Shown here piece by piece: positions 39,683-52,666 of a DNA stretch of 64,000 bases. Numbering within the stretch: position 1 is the stretch's first letter; every line of letters starts with the position of its first letter. The stretch is from contig NC_043004.1 of the NCBI RefSeq assembly GCF_006345805.1, positions 23,064,001 through 23,128,000 of the forward strand, in the 5' to 3' direction. The notes under the pieces are model-generated. The model made no database searches, was not told where the DNA came from, and was given only the letters and a program-made list of their open reading frames with translations. The position numbers were made by a program, and so were the translations under genes. This DNA is from Octopus sinensis. Its lineage: Eukaryota.

Positions 39683-41632
39683 AGTAGTAGTAGTAGTAGT
39701 GGCAGTAGAAGCAGCAGCAGCAGCAACGCAATTCAGAATGCAATGGATTTTAGCGGAGAAAATAATGTTACAATTGAAGGCGGTGACGTAGGTGTGGAGA
39801 GTGGCAACAACTCAGCCACCATCACCACCAACAGCAACAGCTGCAGCAATAGTAACAACATCAGCAACGTTAACAACATCAGCAACAAAAACAATAAAAA
39901 AAACTAGAGGTTTGCTGATGTAGCAAATACACAGAAAAATATGTTTACAATCCTCCTTGTGAACAAAATTCGACAACTTTCAAAAGCAAAAGAAATCAAA
40001 GTTGTCGAGGGTAAGGCATCAGTGCACGTAACTCCCAAAAAAGAAAGGCAGTGTATTTTAAATGCGTATCACGAAAAAGTAGGAGATCGGAAATAGCTTC
40101 CATCAATCACGGCGAGAAAACCCTCAGTGAAATTTTAATAGATGTCACTCACAAACAATGAGGTAGGCAGGTTGCCATCATTGAAGTTCTCTTTAAAAGT
40201 GAGGACCTCGCGCGAAGACACGCAAGATCGACCCGGTGGACTGAGGAGTGGGTCTTGTATCTCATCTACCTCTTGAAGAGAACGACGAGAATTAGGCTAA
40301 ACGCTGTACCACTAGATGTAAACATCTAGTGGATTGCTGCCTGTGCGCTGCAACACCCAGAACCACTCAGGGAGATAAAAAGGAGCAGTGAGGAGACCCG
40401 GAAAAGCAGGTCCATACCAGTCGACAGCGTTGAAGGGCGCTGACATAAAGGCTGGTTAAATTGCTCGTGGTCTGGCTTGGTCCACACCTCGAGGTGGACA
40501 AGAGCTGGGGGGAGTTCTATGAAAGGGACGTGTTCCGCTCCTCAAACGTTCCATCGGCTGTCAACAGCTGCCGACTGGAAGACTGAGCATGCCGCGGCTA
40601 ATGATGCGCAGACATGCGCTGAGGCTGCGATATCGCCAGGGTTTCCGTAACAGTGAATAGGTGTGGTCGTTGTCCCTCCAACGGGAATTTATGTAGCTTG
40701 TCTCATTGACGGAACTAGTTCTGGGTAAAGTGCAGGCCAAGAAAGTGCACTTGGCATTTGGAGTGTCGACAGGCACTCACAGTATTCTGCCAGTCAGTCA
40801 ACGCTGTCAGTGGAAGGTCTACATGGAGTTCTATAGGGGATTAATCGAGGGAAAGAGCGACGACGTACTCGGCGAAACTCTGGGCATTGAGAGGGATCAA
40901 CTAAATGGTCTTTTACGGAAGAATTTCGGGCTGGCGCCTGTGGATAACTTCCAGAAATCCCTAGCTTGGCAGTGCTCTGCCGGTTCGAAACAAGCTCTTC
41001 AGACACGGAAGTGCTCTCAGACGGTCATGATCGAGGAGTGCGCAAGGCGATGAAACCGTCCTGCATGCATTCGTCCAGTGTCCGTGCATTGCTGACTTGT
41101 GGAGCTTTCTCGAACAGCTGTTACCACGTGTAGGACGGATCCAGTTATCAGTTGAGTCCATTGTGTGAATCGCTTCGCTGCCTGCTTTTGGTCGGGAGGG
41201 ACAGTTTTTTCTCTGCTGGGTTGCAATACAGACATTTCTCAAGTGGAACTTGAAAAGGAAAGTGAGAGTAGAAAGGGAAGTCCTGCCCACTCCACCCACC
41301 CCGTAAGTTTGTTATAAGATGGGTGAATGTTGAAAAAATGGCTCGCGTGAATGGGCCTACTCTGAATATTTGCCTGTAAACCAACGCCGTTGCGGGGAAG
41401 AGGGGTGCCACCTGCCGTGCCCTTGGCATTCGGAGTGACCAGGATGTGTGGGGTGCCTGGTTGGCCCCTGGTGGAAATTTATTGTTTCTTTTCTTTTTGT
41501 AAACTGGGTTGTTGTTTTTTTGTTTTATTTGTAATACGTTTTATGTTTTAAGCTTCACTTGTTCCCCCTTGTTTTTTTATTGTCTTTATATGTTTTGTGT
41601 TCGGCCCTTGCGGCCAACAAATAAAGGATGAT
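38944..41632 (+). mobile_element. Internally deleted L1/Tx1-like LINE: 5' UTR, ORF1 N-part with trinucleotide expansion, fused to late ORF2 and 3' UTR
   Basis: ORF1 starts aacATGGCGGAACGC (MAERILED) near 39146 and includes GRQVAIIEVLFKSEDLARRH. From about 40393 it reads LLVVWLGPHLEVDKSW, FYRGLIEG and NFQKSLAWQC. The 3' end is caacaaataaagg followed by (ATT)n. Confidence 0.8.
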
Positions 41633-41664
41633 CATTATTATTATTATTGTTATTATTGTTATTA

Positions 41665-41738
<74 letters not shown>

Positions 41739-41740
<2 letters not shown>

Positions 41741-41958
41741 AGCGGTGACCTGGCAGAATCGTTAATACGCTGCGGCAAATGCTTAGCGGTATTTCGTCTG
41801 CCGTTACGTTCTGAGTTCAAATTCCGCCGAGGTCGTCTTTGCCTTTCATTCTTTTGGAGTCGTTAAATCAAGTGCCAATAAAATACCGGGATCGATGTAA
41901 TCGAATAGCCCCCTCCCCAAACTTTCAAGTCATGTGCCTATAGCAGAAAAGATTATTA

Positions 41959-42010
<52 letters not shown>

Positions 42011-42400
42011 GCCGGGCAAATTGATAGCGTCTTTTCGTCCGTCTTTATGTTCTGAGTTCAAATTCCGCCATGATCGACTATTCCTATTCTCCTTTTCGGG
42101 GTCGATAAAATAGGTATCAGCTGAGCACTAGGGTTGATGACATCGATTTACCTCCATTCCAAACTTACTGGCACCATGCCAAAATTTAAAACCAATAAAA
42201 TAAGTACAAGTCAAGTACTAGTGGGGGAGTTTACTGCAGTCGACTTACTACATAATACCAGCAAAGTTCTGGACCTCTGCCTATTGTAGAAAGATTATTA
42301 TTATTAATATGAAAGCAGCGACCTGGCAGCATGGTTAGCACACCGAAGAATATGCTTGGCTGCATTTCATCCGGTTTTACGTTCTGAGTTCCAATTCCAT
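41739..42400 (+). mobile_element. Cluster of family A SINE copies and fragments separated by (ATT)n
   Basis: Full copy 41739-41955, second copy about 42009-42200, tail piece about 42210-42305, and a head at 42313-42400 cut by (TA)n. Confidence 0.85.
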
Positions 42401-42419
42401 ATGTATGTATGTAGGTATG

Positions 42420-42498
<79 letters not shown>

Positions 42499-42653
42499 TA
42501 TACTTATTTATTATTTATATTATTATATGATCGAACGCCACGCATCCTTTTCCAAGTGGTTTTATATATATAGATATGCATACCGGAGTAAACAGATAAA
42601 TGTGAAACAAGGTGGGTAAAAGAGTAATCAACTACCAAAGGTAGAGTAAAATG

Positions 42654-42830
42654 CTTTATTTAAAAGCAGCAGAAATTTAGCAAAAGCTGTTACTCAGAGT
42701 TTCACGTTCCCGTTCGTCGGACAGTTTTGTTTTAAAAAGAAAAAAAAAATTCAATAAAACTGTCCGACAAACGGGAACGTGAAACTCCGAGTAACAGCTT
42801 TTGTTAAATTTCTGCTGCTTTTAAATAAAG
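42654..42830. repeat. About 75-bp inverted repeat carrying two head-to-head hammerhead-like motifs
   Basis: Arms 42654-42728 and 42756-42830. Minus copy: cugu-CCGACGA-acgggaacgu-GAAA-cucugag-UA-acag (42687-42724). The plus copy (42760-42797) has CCGACAA. Confidence 0.85.
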
Positions 42831-42847
42831 TGTGTGTGTGTGTGTGA

Positions 42848-42894
<47 letters not shown>

Positions 42895-43219
42895 CAATAA
42901 TTATAATGATATAGAATTCGAAGACTGTTACATCCTCAAAATTAATTTCCTTTTATTTACTTTGAAGATGTACCAGTCTCCGTATTGTCTATCATTATAA
43001 TTATTGGAAATATACACTCCAGATAATATTACAGTCCAATGAAGAGAACACAGAATTACTCATTGTAGGAATTACAACATAACAACACCAAGAAGTCATA
43101 AAAGTTTGGTACTAATCGATGTGGTTAGCCGTAAATTGGAACATAACTGAGAGCTACCACGGTGTCCGTGATAAGATATTCCTCAAACTTCACACACACA
43201 CGTATGTATATATATATAT

Positions 43220-43300
43220 AGAGAGAGAGAGAGGGGCAGACAGACAGACAGACAAATGGAGTAACAGACAGGGGGAAATAGTGGTAGCTAGCTAGCTAGC

Positions 43301-43347
<47 letters not shown>

Positions 43348-43360
43348 GTAGGTAGGTAGG

Positions 43361-43456
<96 letters not shown>

Positions 43457-44059
43457 TGTCTGTAGACTGCTGAAAATGACACATTGCTATGGGATGCAGC
43501 CTCACACTGAGTGAAATGACATAAGGATCTTACGAAGGATCTATTTAAACAATCATCTCACAAAGCCCATTTTACACCTTTAATAGATTAAAAAGGGTGC
43601 ACATCTCAGTAATGTACCACAGGTGTAAAACTGTCAAGAAACAATTGCAGTAATTTTAAATAAAAATTACCGTTTAATTCGTTTTCTATCATTTATACAT
43701 CGCTCACTGTGTCTCTTTGTCTCTCTCTCTTTCCCTCCCTCTCCCCCCTCTCTCTCCATATATATATATATATAAATATATATATATTTATGAGTGACTG
43801 GACAGACGAAAGAAAAGCATTCGACATTTCTATTGAGAATTACATATATTGCTCAAAAGAGTTTTTTTTTTTCGGATCCCGTGCTACTTAAACTTTCAAA
43901 GCCTCTAACGACTTAGAGTTTCAAAGCCCCTCCGTTAGGCTTTGAAAGGTTAAGTAGCACGGGATCTGAATCAAACTGTTTTGAACAATACATGTGAACT
44001 CGCAATAAACGTGTGGAGTGCCTTTCTTTCATTTGTCCAGTCTCTCATAAATAAATGAA

Positions 44060-44114
<55 letters not shown>

Positions 44115-44467
44115 GGCGAGAGAGAGGTGAGAGAGACACAGACAGAGATATATAAATGATAGAAAACGAATTGAACAGCAATTTTATTTAAACTTACAGC
44201 AATTGTTTCGAGACAGTTTTACACCTGTACTGCAATACTGAGATGTGCAAGGTGTAGAATGGGCTTCTTCAGATGATGGCTTAAATAAATCCTTCATAAG
44301 ATCCTTATATCATTTCCCTCATTATGAGGCTGCATACTCATAGCAATGTGTCATTTTTAGCAGTCTACAGACACACCTATCTGTCTATCTAGTTATCTAT
44401 CTAACTATGTAGCTAGCTAGCTACCTCTATTTCCCTCTATCTGTCTGTCCGTCTGTATGTCTCTCTC
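43220..44467. repeat. About 1.25-kb diverged palindrome centred near 43920
   Basis: 43872-43910 pairs with 43933-43969; 43786-43830 with about 44010-44052; 43458-43504 with 44325-44372. The outer agctagctag / gggaaatag / (GACA) blocks are mirrored at 44400-44467. Confidence 0.85.
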
Positions 44468-44471
44468 ATTC

Positions 44472-45358
<887 letters not shown>

Positions 45359-45973
45359 AGTTGAATAAAGTTAAAACATAGTCTGGTTTTCATGTTTTTT
45401 TTTATTATGGTATTTTAACAAAATTAACGCTTTCATACATAGTGTGTGAAAACCAATGTTCGTCAGTTTTCATTGCGCGAACACATATAAAGAGATGTGG
45501 TCAGAAAATGTTTCTAATTGTTCCTTTTTACAAACTACCTGACGCAAGTAAGGACGGAAGAAAGATAAAAGAAAAACGGTTTATTAAAATGTTCAAACCT
45601 GTTCTGAACGGAAATAATAGCAATAATATAACAACTAGTTAATAATGAGGATTAATTAATATAAACAAGTGACAGAATATCAGTACACCTGGAAAACTGT
45701 GATGTTTAAGAACATGCGGATTTGATCAAAAAAGTATTCTATAAATTCATCTGGTTGGGGCATTCTAAGAGATACTAAAGTTGTCAAGAACACAACGGTC
45801 AGTTAAACACATTTGAAACCTGATAAGTATACTACGTATGAAAGCGCTAACTTTGTTAAAATAGAATAATAGAAAACCAGACTATAATTTAACTTTATTC
45901 AATTTACGTATTATACTATACACACTCACACAAATTCAAAACAAAATACACACACATATAGATATATGCAAAT

Positions 45974-46017
<44 letters not shown>

Positions 46018-46018
46018 G

Positions 46019-46648
46019 TTTATATTATATAGAGGGTACTATTATTCATAGGTACGCACGCTAGGAGGGACCTTTGCAGTCAAAACTACTAAAATAAACA
46101 AATTTTACCGAATGCAAAACTTCAAAGCAAGTCATTTAAAAACAGAATTTAGTTACATATCACCTGTGATTTCGCAATCAATGCAGAATATGCATTCTAT
46201 GCTCTTCAGTGCAACGAACTCAAGACATGTAAGAAAAAACACAAGATAGCATACCCGACAGACAACCGTAGAATTCGTCGTAGCATGTACGAATGTTTAT
46301 CTTTACATATCTATGAAAATGGCGAGCTCATTCGCAATGCATTTCGGTAACAATTTGCCTATTCGGAACAAAAATTCAGTATTGAACTATTCCGGTGAAA
46401 AATATAAATTTAAAATTAAGGATAAAATCTTTATAAGAAATTATCAGTAGTTAGCGTGAAAAACCTCGTAAGAGAAAAAAATCTGTAAATTTTTCCACTT
46501 TGAAAAGTAGTACCTATGAATAATAGTACCCTCTATATAATATAAATAAATATTTTCAAAGTGGAAAAATTTACAGATTTTTTCTCTTACGAGGTTTTTC
46601 ACGCTAACTACTGATAATTTCTTATAAAGATGTTATCCTTAATTTTAA
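46019..46648. mobile_element. MITE-like or templated nested inverted-repeat structure
   Basis: 46019-46055 is inverted at 46510-46546 (37 bp), and 46409-46506 is inverted at 46553-46648 (about 97 bp). (TA)n on both flanks. Confidence 0.6.
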
Positions 46649-48423
46649 AAAAAATATATATATATATACACATGCTTGATCTTTAAATTTTTCACACCTA
46701 CAATGAAATGATCGCAACAGGGATTGTAACCGGGATTTCAGTATGATTTCCGCAGAAATTTTTACAGCAACGTGGTTAGTTTTATGTAAAAGGAAATAGA
46801 CGCCTTGAACATTGGGTCGATTTAAAATTTTGGAATATGTAATGCAAGTAAAAACTTCTGCGCATGCGCTGTGTGTTGTTGGGGGACAAACTGTAGTGAG
46901 GTGCTGTAAGTTGATGAGCAAAATCACTCTGACTAATTTCAACAGGTTTCACAGTTGGTAAATATTGATATCATTGAAAATAAATATATTAATTACTAAT
47001 AATTTTCCAGAAAGTCAGAAAATTATATAAATTAAACTTATTTTTATGATTGCAGTCCAAATAAAATTTTGGTTCAATCAGCATATGTGTAAAGTTAAAT
47101 TCTATGTTGGATAATCGACAACTTTAGTTGAATTGGTTCAAAATAGACAGCAAAACATATCTGATCAAAGGCGAACAACATAATTAAAGTGTTCGGCATT
47201 CTTAGACTAAACATCTAGGGACGTTTTTTCATCCTCATTTAATATCTTAAAAAGTTATTTGCGATTTTAGACAATTTTTTTTTATGCAAGCTATTATTTT
47301 AGTCTCTAATTATCATGACATAATTTATTAACTTAAAAATGTATCTAGCAAAAATCTCACAGATAAAAAAATGTATCACTATGACGCCTCTTACATTCAA
47401 ACATAATCATTTTAATTTCATCTTACTTCCCTTGAGAAAATATTAAATGAAACCTAGGAGGATTCGTTTAAATTTGAACAACAATTTTACTGGTTGACAA
47501 TTACAGATTAATGAGAATGTTTTTCTAACAGTTTAGAAATAATCTAAATATATTTCTTGAAAGTATATATCTTCATGAGTTGGTAAATTAGATTGCGTGA
47601 ACATTAATTAAGCGTTATTTTTTCTTCGTCTAAGTATGATATGTATGAGGAAAATATGATAAAGTATTTATGTTAAATCAGAGAAAGATGTATTTAAGTA
47701 ATGGACTAGAAGAATTTAATGTGTTTAATATTTTGCTAAGAGGCTCTCCAATAGCATTAGAACTAAAATTTGGAAAGATTGTGATAACATGAGAATACTT
47801 TCCAATGCACTAAAGTTCTACTGTGTATGTCTGTGTACGTGTGTGCGATTGCATGAACGTATGTCGTATATACGTGTACATGTGTATGTGTGTATTGTGT
47901 ATTATTGTATAAGTTTTTTTTTCTGGTGTTGAAGGAGATTTTTATTTGCTAGATTTCTTGTATATTATATAAGTGCTTGACTGAGATATCTATATAGTGG
48001 TAGAGTGATGGTTTAGTGAAGACAGAGAGATACCAACGTCCTGTGGTAGCATAAACGTTGTGAGAGTTAATGCAACTGCAAGGTGAAAATAAGTCTATGA
48101 AGAATATCGAAGATTCAACTGTAGCACAAACAATGTAGCAAATTTATAAACTTCGAGTCAAGCGTTAAGATTGGCATGATTCAGTCTGTAGTTGATTGGC
48201 TAAACAACTTATTTCATACAAACTGCTTTGTCGAATTCCTATCTTATACATTAGTCCTTTCTGAATTATTTTGCAAGCAATTACTTGAGATAATATGATT
48301 GATAATATTCATGGAGGAGTCTATGAATAATAAACCTACCAATAGGTTTATTGAATAATAAATATGAATAAGAAACCTACCAATAGACGTAGGAGTGGCT
48401 GTGTGGTAAGTTGCTTGCTACTG

Positions 48424-50248
48424 GACCAGTCGAAGACATTTGATAGGGTCGACTATCGGTACTTGGCGGCGGTCCTCGAGGCGGCTGGCCTGGGCCCGAC
48501 CTTTCGAGGTTGGATCACTGCTTTGTATAGCGACATCGAGTCTGTCGTCAAAGTGAACGGTTTCTTTTCGAAGCCGTTCAGGATCGGGCGTTCAGTTCGT
48601 CAGGGATGTCCCCTGTCCCCGCTTCTATATGTGTTGGCTCTTGAGCCTTTGCTGCGGAAGTTGGAGAAGGGCGTACCGCATGATATATGGTGTGGAAGAG
48701 GAGGTACGGCGTACGCGGATGACATCTCCATCATCATGGCAGATGAAGGCCAGCTTCTAGTGGTGGAAGAGGCCATCAAAAGCTACGAGGCGGTGGCAGG
48801 AGCAAAGGTTAACAAGGACAAGTCGGTAGGTTTGCAACTCAGCACCTGCAGGGGCAAGACGATGCAGTCCGATAACGTCGTGGGGCGTTGGACGGAAGGT
48901 CCTGTTAAGCTGCTCGGAGTCTGGATTGGTTCAGTCCTCCAGATAGAGAAATATTGGATTGACGTGGCCGGCAGGGTGACCGCTCTAAACCAGACCTGGT
49001 CTGGACGGGCGTTATCCCTGCTAGGGAGGGCGGAGGTGATGCAGATGTTCATAGCATCAGTAATCACCTACCGTTTGAGCGTGGTGCCCTGCCCCGATTT
49101 GTGGATGAACAAGTTGGAGAGAATCCTTTTCCACTTTTTGTGGAAAGGAGGAAAGCCACTTGTAAAGCGCTCTGTCTGTTGCCAGAAACCGCTAAAGGGT
49201 GGGCTAGGGATGCCTTGGCTGAAGATGCGAAAATTCGCGTTAAGGTTGAGGCTCCTCTGGCTTTACCTGGATGAAGAGCAGGTGTGGTCACCACGCGTTC
49301 GGTTCTAACTTCCCCAGTTAACGTCCTTAACGGACACCGGTGCATGGCTCAAGCGGAGACCTAAACTGAGGAAATGGCACTTGGAGTGTCGTCAGGCACT
49401 CCAGCTACTCTCTCGGGAGGGCAACGCCGGTAACAGGAGTTCCACCGCGGATTTCTATAGCGGGTTAGTGGAATTTATATCAGAAGACGCCTTGGGGGAG
49501 ACCCTGGGCTACGATGAAAATCACTTGGTCAACCTGTTCCGGAGAACGTTCCGGCCGAGGTATTTGGATAATTACCAGAAATCCCTGGCCTGGTAGTGTT
49601 TCCGTATGGCGTTACCTGTTCGCGACAAGCTGTCAAGGCACGGAAGTGCCGTCTCGCCGACATGTCCTCGATGTGAGCAGGATATGGAAACCGTCTTGCA
49701 TGCATTCGTGGAGTGCCCGGAGTTATCGGGACTGATTGCTTTTGTCGAACAATTGTTGTGAGTGAGTGGAAGAGTACAGCTATCAGCGGAGTCTATCATT
49801 GAGATTGTGCCACCTCCTTTCCTCAGTAGAGAAAGGAAGGCTTGTTTATCCTGCGTAGTAGCCATACTGAAAGAAACAGTATGGAAGACGCGTACGAAAG
49901 GTATAGTAACAGGTACCTTTGTATCCGGCCAGGGGTTGGTTAACTTTTTTAGTTACCACCTCCAGATCAGGCTGGAGAAGAGGTGTCTGTCACGAGATAT
50001 GTTCATGAATAGATGGAAGCCTGTGGCTTGCAGGCTGGGTATGTTTGGTACCAGGTAAGTGTGGCCGGATCAAGAAGTAAAGGTTCTTGCCCTACTATGT
50101 AATATTAAATTTGTAAACTTTATATTGTAAATACTGCACCCATTATATTATAAATACTAAAACGTTTTAAGCTACTTCTCCCTATATGTTTGTCTGTCCT
50201 TGTATGTCCCCTCTATGTAACGCCTTAATGGTGAATTTTTATGAAATA
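48424..50248 (+). mobile_element. 5'-truncated L1/Tx1-like LINE (RT ORF open to 49308, C-terminal region, 3' UTR) flanked by a 16-bp near-identical direct repeat
   Basis: Reads LDQSKTFDRVD, RSVRQGCPLSPLLY, AYADDI and WKGGKPLVKR. The 3' end is atgaaataaa. Flanks are aagttgcttgctactg (48408-48423) and aagtagcttgctactg (50249-50264). Confidence 0.9.
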
Positions 50249-51145
50249 AAGTAGCTTGCTACTGCGCATGTGCGAGTCAGTGTTGTGTTTGGCACTGAAG
50301 CGGTGAGACATGCTTTTGAAGCCGTATCGAATTGAAACATTTTGAAGCTCCATTGTAAGGTAGGATTCTGTTTGTTTGTTTTTGGTTCAGTGGGAATTTT
50401 TGTTTGGGGGCGTAATCGTCTTCCTAGTTATCGGTTTATGTTGAGTGAACATTTTTCTCACTTAATTATGAGAATTGTTGCTTGGAGGAGTATTGTGCCT
50501 ACTAAAAATTTGTTCATTTTTAAAGAATTTTAAAATTATTGTGAGAACTGCTGTTTGGGGGAGTGTCTTTGTCTCCGAAGATTGAACAATTTTTCTTCCG
50601 CCTTTATTGAAGACGTGTAGCTGGTCGACGCCAGGGTGAGCGATTTTGACAAGTACTGCCGAGACCAATTTTGTCTTACATCTATCCGAGTTTGATGAAA
50701 TAAGCACCAATGCAAGTCGGTGGATAAGAATAAATATAGGAATCTCGGATCGAATTCCACTGGAATATTGTTCAAATTCTGTAATGGAATTCTTGACTGA
50801 TATATTTAATCCACCACCCATATTAACACTACTTTCTTGCTTCTTTGCTTCTGTTAGTGGAACACACTCTATTAAAATCATTTGAATCAGGTCACCAGTT
50901 TGAGGATCATATCTCACTGAGGCCCTGTGATTACCGTTCCCTCCCTCCCTTTAGAATAAGAAAAAGATTAATGATAGTGTGATTAAAAGTTCACTTCTCA
51001 ACCGCTTGGTTTTGGTTTCAACTCCACTGTATGATTAGATACCGCAAGTTAGGATTGACAAAATAACTTGCACGTCGTATTTGGCAGGAGGCAACTGTGA
51101 AAAATCGCGATACACATGTACATGTACACACATTAATACACACAC

Positions 51146-51209
<64 letters not shown>

Positions 51210-51354
51210 TTAATGAGATAGAAAATACGGGAATTTTTATTAATCACTACTATTGTTTCGACCCATCAAGCATCAATCCCTCACAAATACACAACAAATA
51301 CTATGAAACTGAACATGCTTTACCAGTAAACTACCGAGTAATAGACGATTTGTT

Positions 51355-51389
<35 letters not shown>

Positions 51390-52499
51390 CATGCCACCAA
51401 TGTATGTCAGTATATTTGAGAAGGATCTCAATATCAGCAAAACGATAACATTCTTTAGGAGAGCCGAGAGTTTGCGGTTGCAGTCATGACATGCGCTGTC
51501 AAATGTACAGCAGCGAATTTATTGGTCTGTTGGTAAAAGGCTGTAGCCAGGGACGCTATAGTTCACCATCTCCGATACAAATTTACCATTATACATTAGT
51601 ACAGTAAGAATATAGAGATTTGTAAAATGGAAGAATCATGAGAGCTTCAGAGAAAATGCCTTGCAGTTTTTAATTATGTCCTATTGCATCCTTAGTTCAA
51701 ATGATGCCAAAATTAACTTTAATCTTTCCAGTTTTGGTCGATGAACTACTTAAAAATCAATGCGTGTCGATTTAAATGTACTGTCCATTCTGCTTGCCAC
51801 AAATCGAAGCGCACTTAATGAAATTAATCAATTGAACATGAAGATGCCTGCGGATCACCAATAGGTCAAAGCTAGGATTTTCATTGAAAGCACGAATATA
51901 GCAAAATTTTAATAATAGGAAATTTTAGGTAACAGAAATCAGATTCTCGGAAAAGCTTTGTTCTCTGGAAGTCATTTCATACTTCAGGTACTAAATTGGA
52001 TTACTTTAGGTTAGGATAAATTCTATAACATTGAACACATTGTTGATTATCTAAAAAAGAAATGCTGATTAATTCTAGATAACATTCTGAATGTGCTACG
52101 ATAGAGGAAGATAGTACCCCTGTATTGCCACAAACTTTAACTGATTTTAATTAAATTTTAGTATTTACAACACAGCAGTAGCCTTGTAACAGCAGAAACA
52201 ATTTACGGTGTTTTCATAAAATTGATTTTATGCTAACTTTACTCTATATTGAAGTTATTAAATTTGGAATCAAAACCAAATCGCTAAACTTATACGCTGA
52301 AAACTCCTAAGTAGCTTGATTATTAGACACAACAGCAAAACGGTGAGTAAGCAGAACTGTTAGCGCGTCAAATGAAATGCTTACCTGCATTTGCTCTTTA
52401 AGTACTGAGTTCAAATTCCACTGAGTTGAACTTATCCTTTCAGTCTTTCTCAGATTTTCTTACCCGCACCCCCACCCCTAATGGGAAGGGGTAAGTAAT

Positions 52500-52666
52500 G
52501 TATGTTTGAGTTTGTCCTCCACCACTTGACAACTTATGTAGATTCGTTTATGTCCCCGTATAACAGAGGTTCGGCAAAAGCGCCCGATAAAGGTTTTCAA
52601 AAATGATAAGTACTAGAGACGGTGGCCCAGCATGATCGTGGTCCAGTGATTGAACCAAGAAAAAAA
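52500..52666 (+). mobile_element. 3' half of a family B SINE
   Basis: ccaccacttgacaac...tccccgtataacagaggttcggcaaaag...ggcccagcatgatcgtggtccagtgattgaacc. Confidence 0.6.

Noticed and set aside
45415-45470. CTGACGA...GAAAGCGTTA on the minus strand
   Set aside because: Stem I does not pair and stem II has extra bases, so it is too degenerate to call.
48364-48423. Apparent N-terminus (MNKKPTNRRRSGCVVSCLL) of a 314-aa RT gene
   Set aside because: It derives from flanking DNA and a SINE head fused by chance in frame to a 5'-truncated LINE, so it is not a real start.
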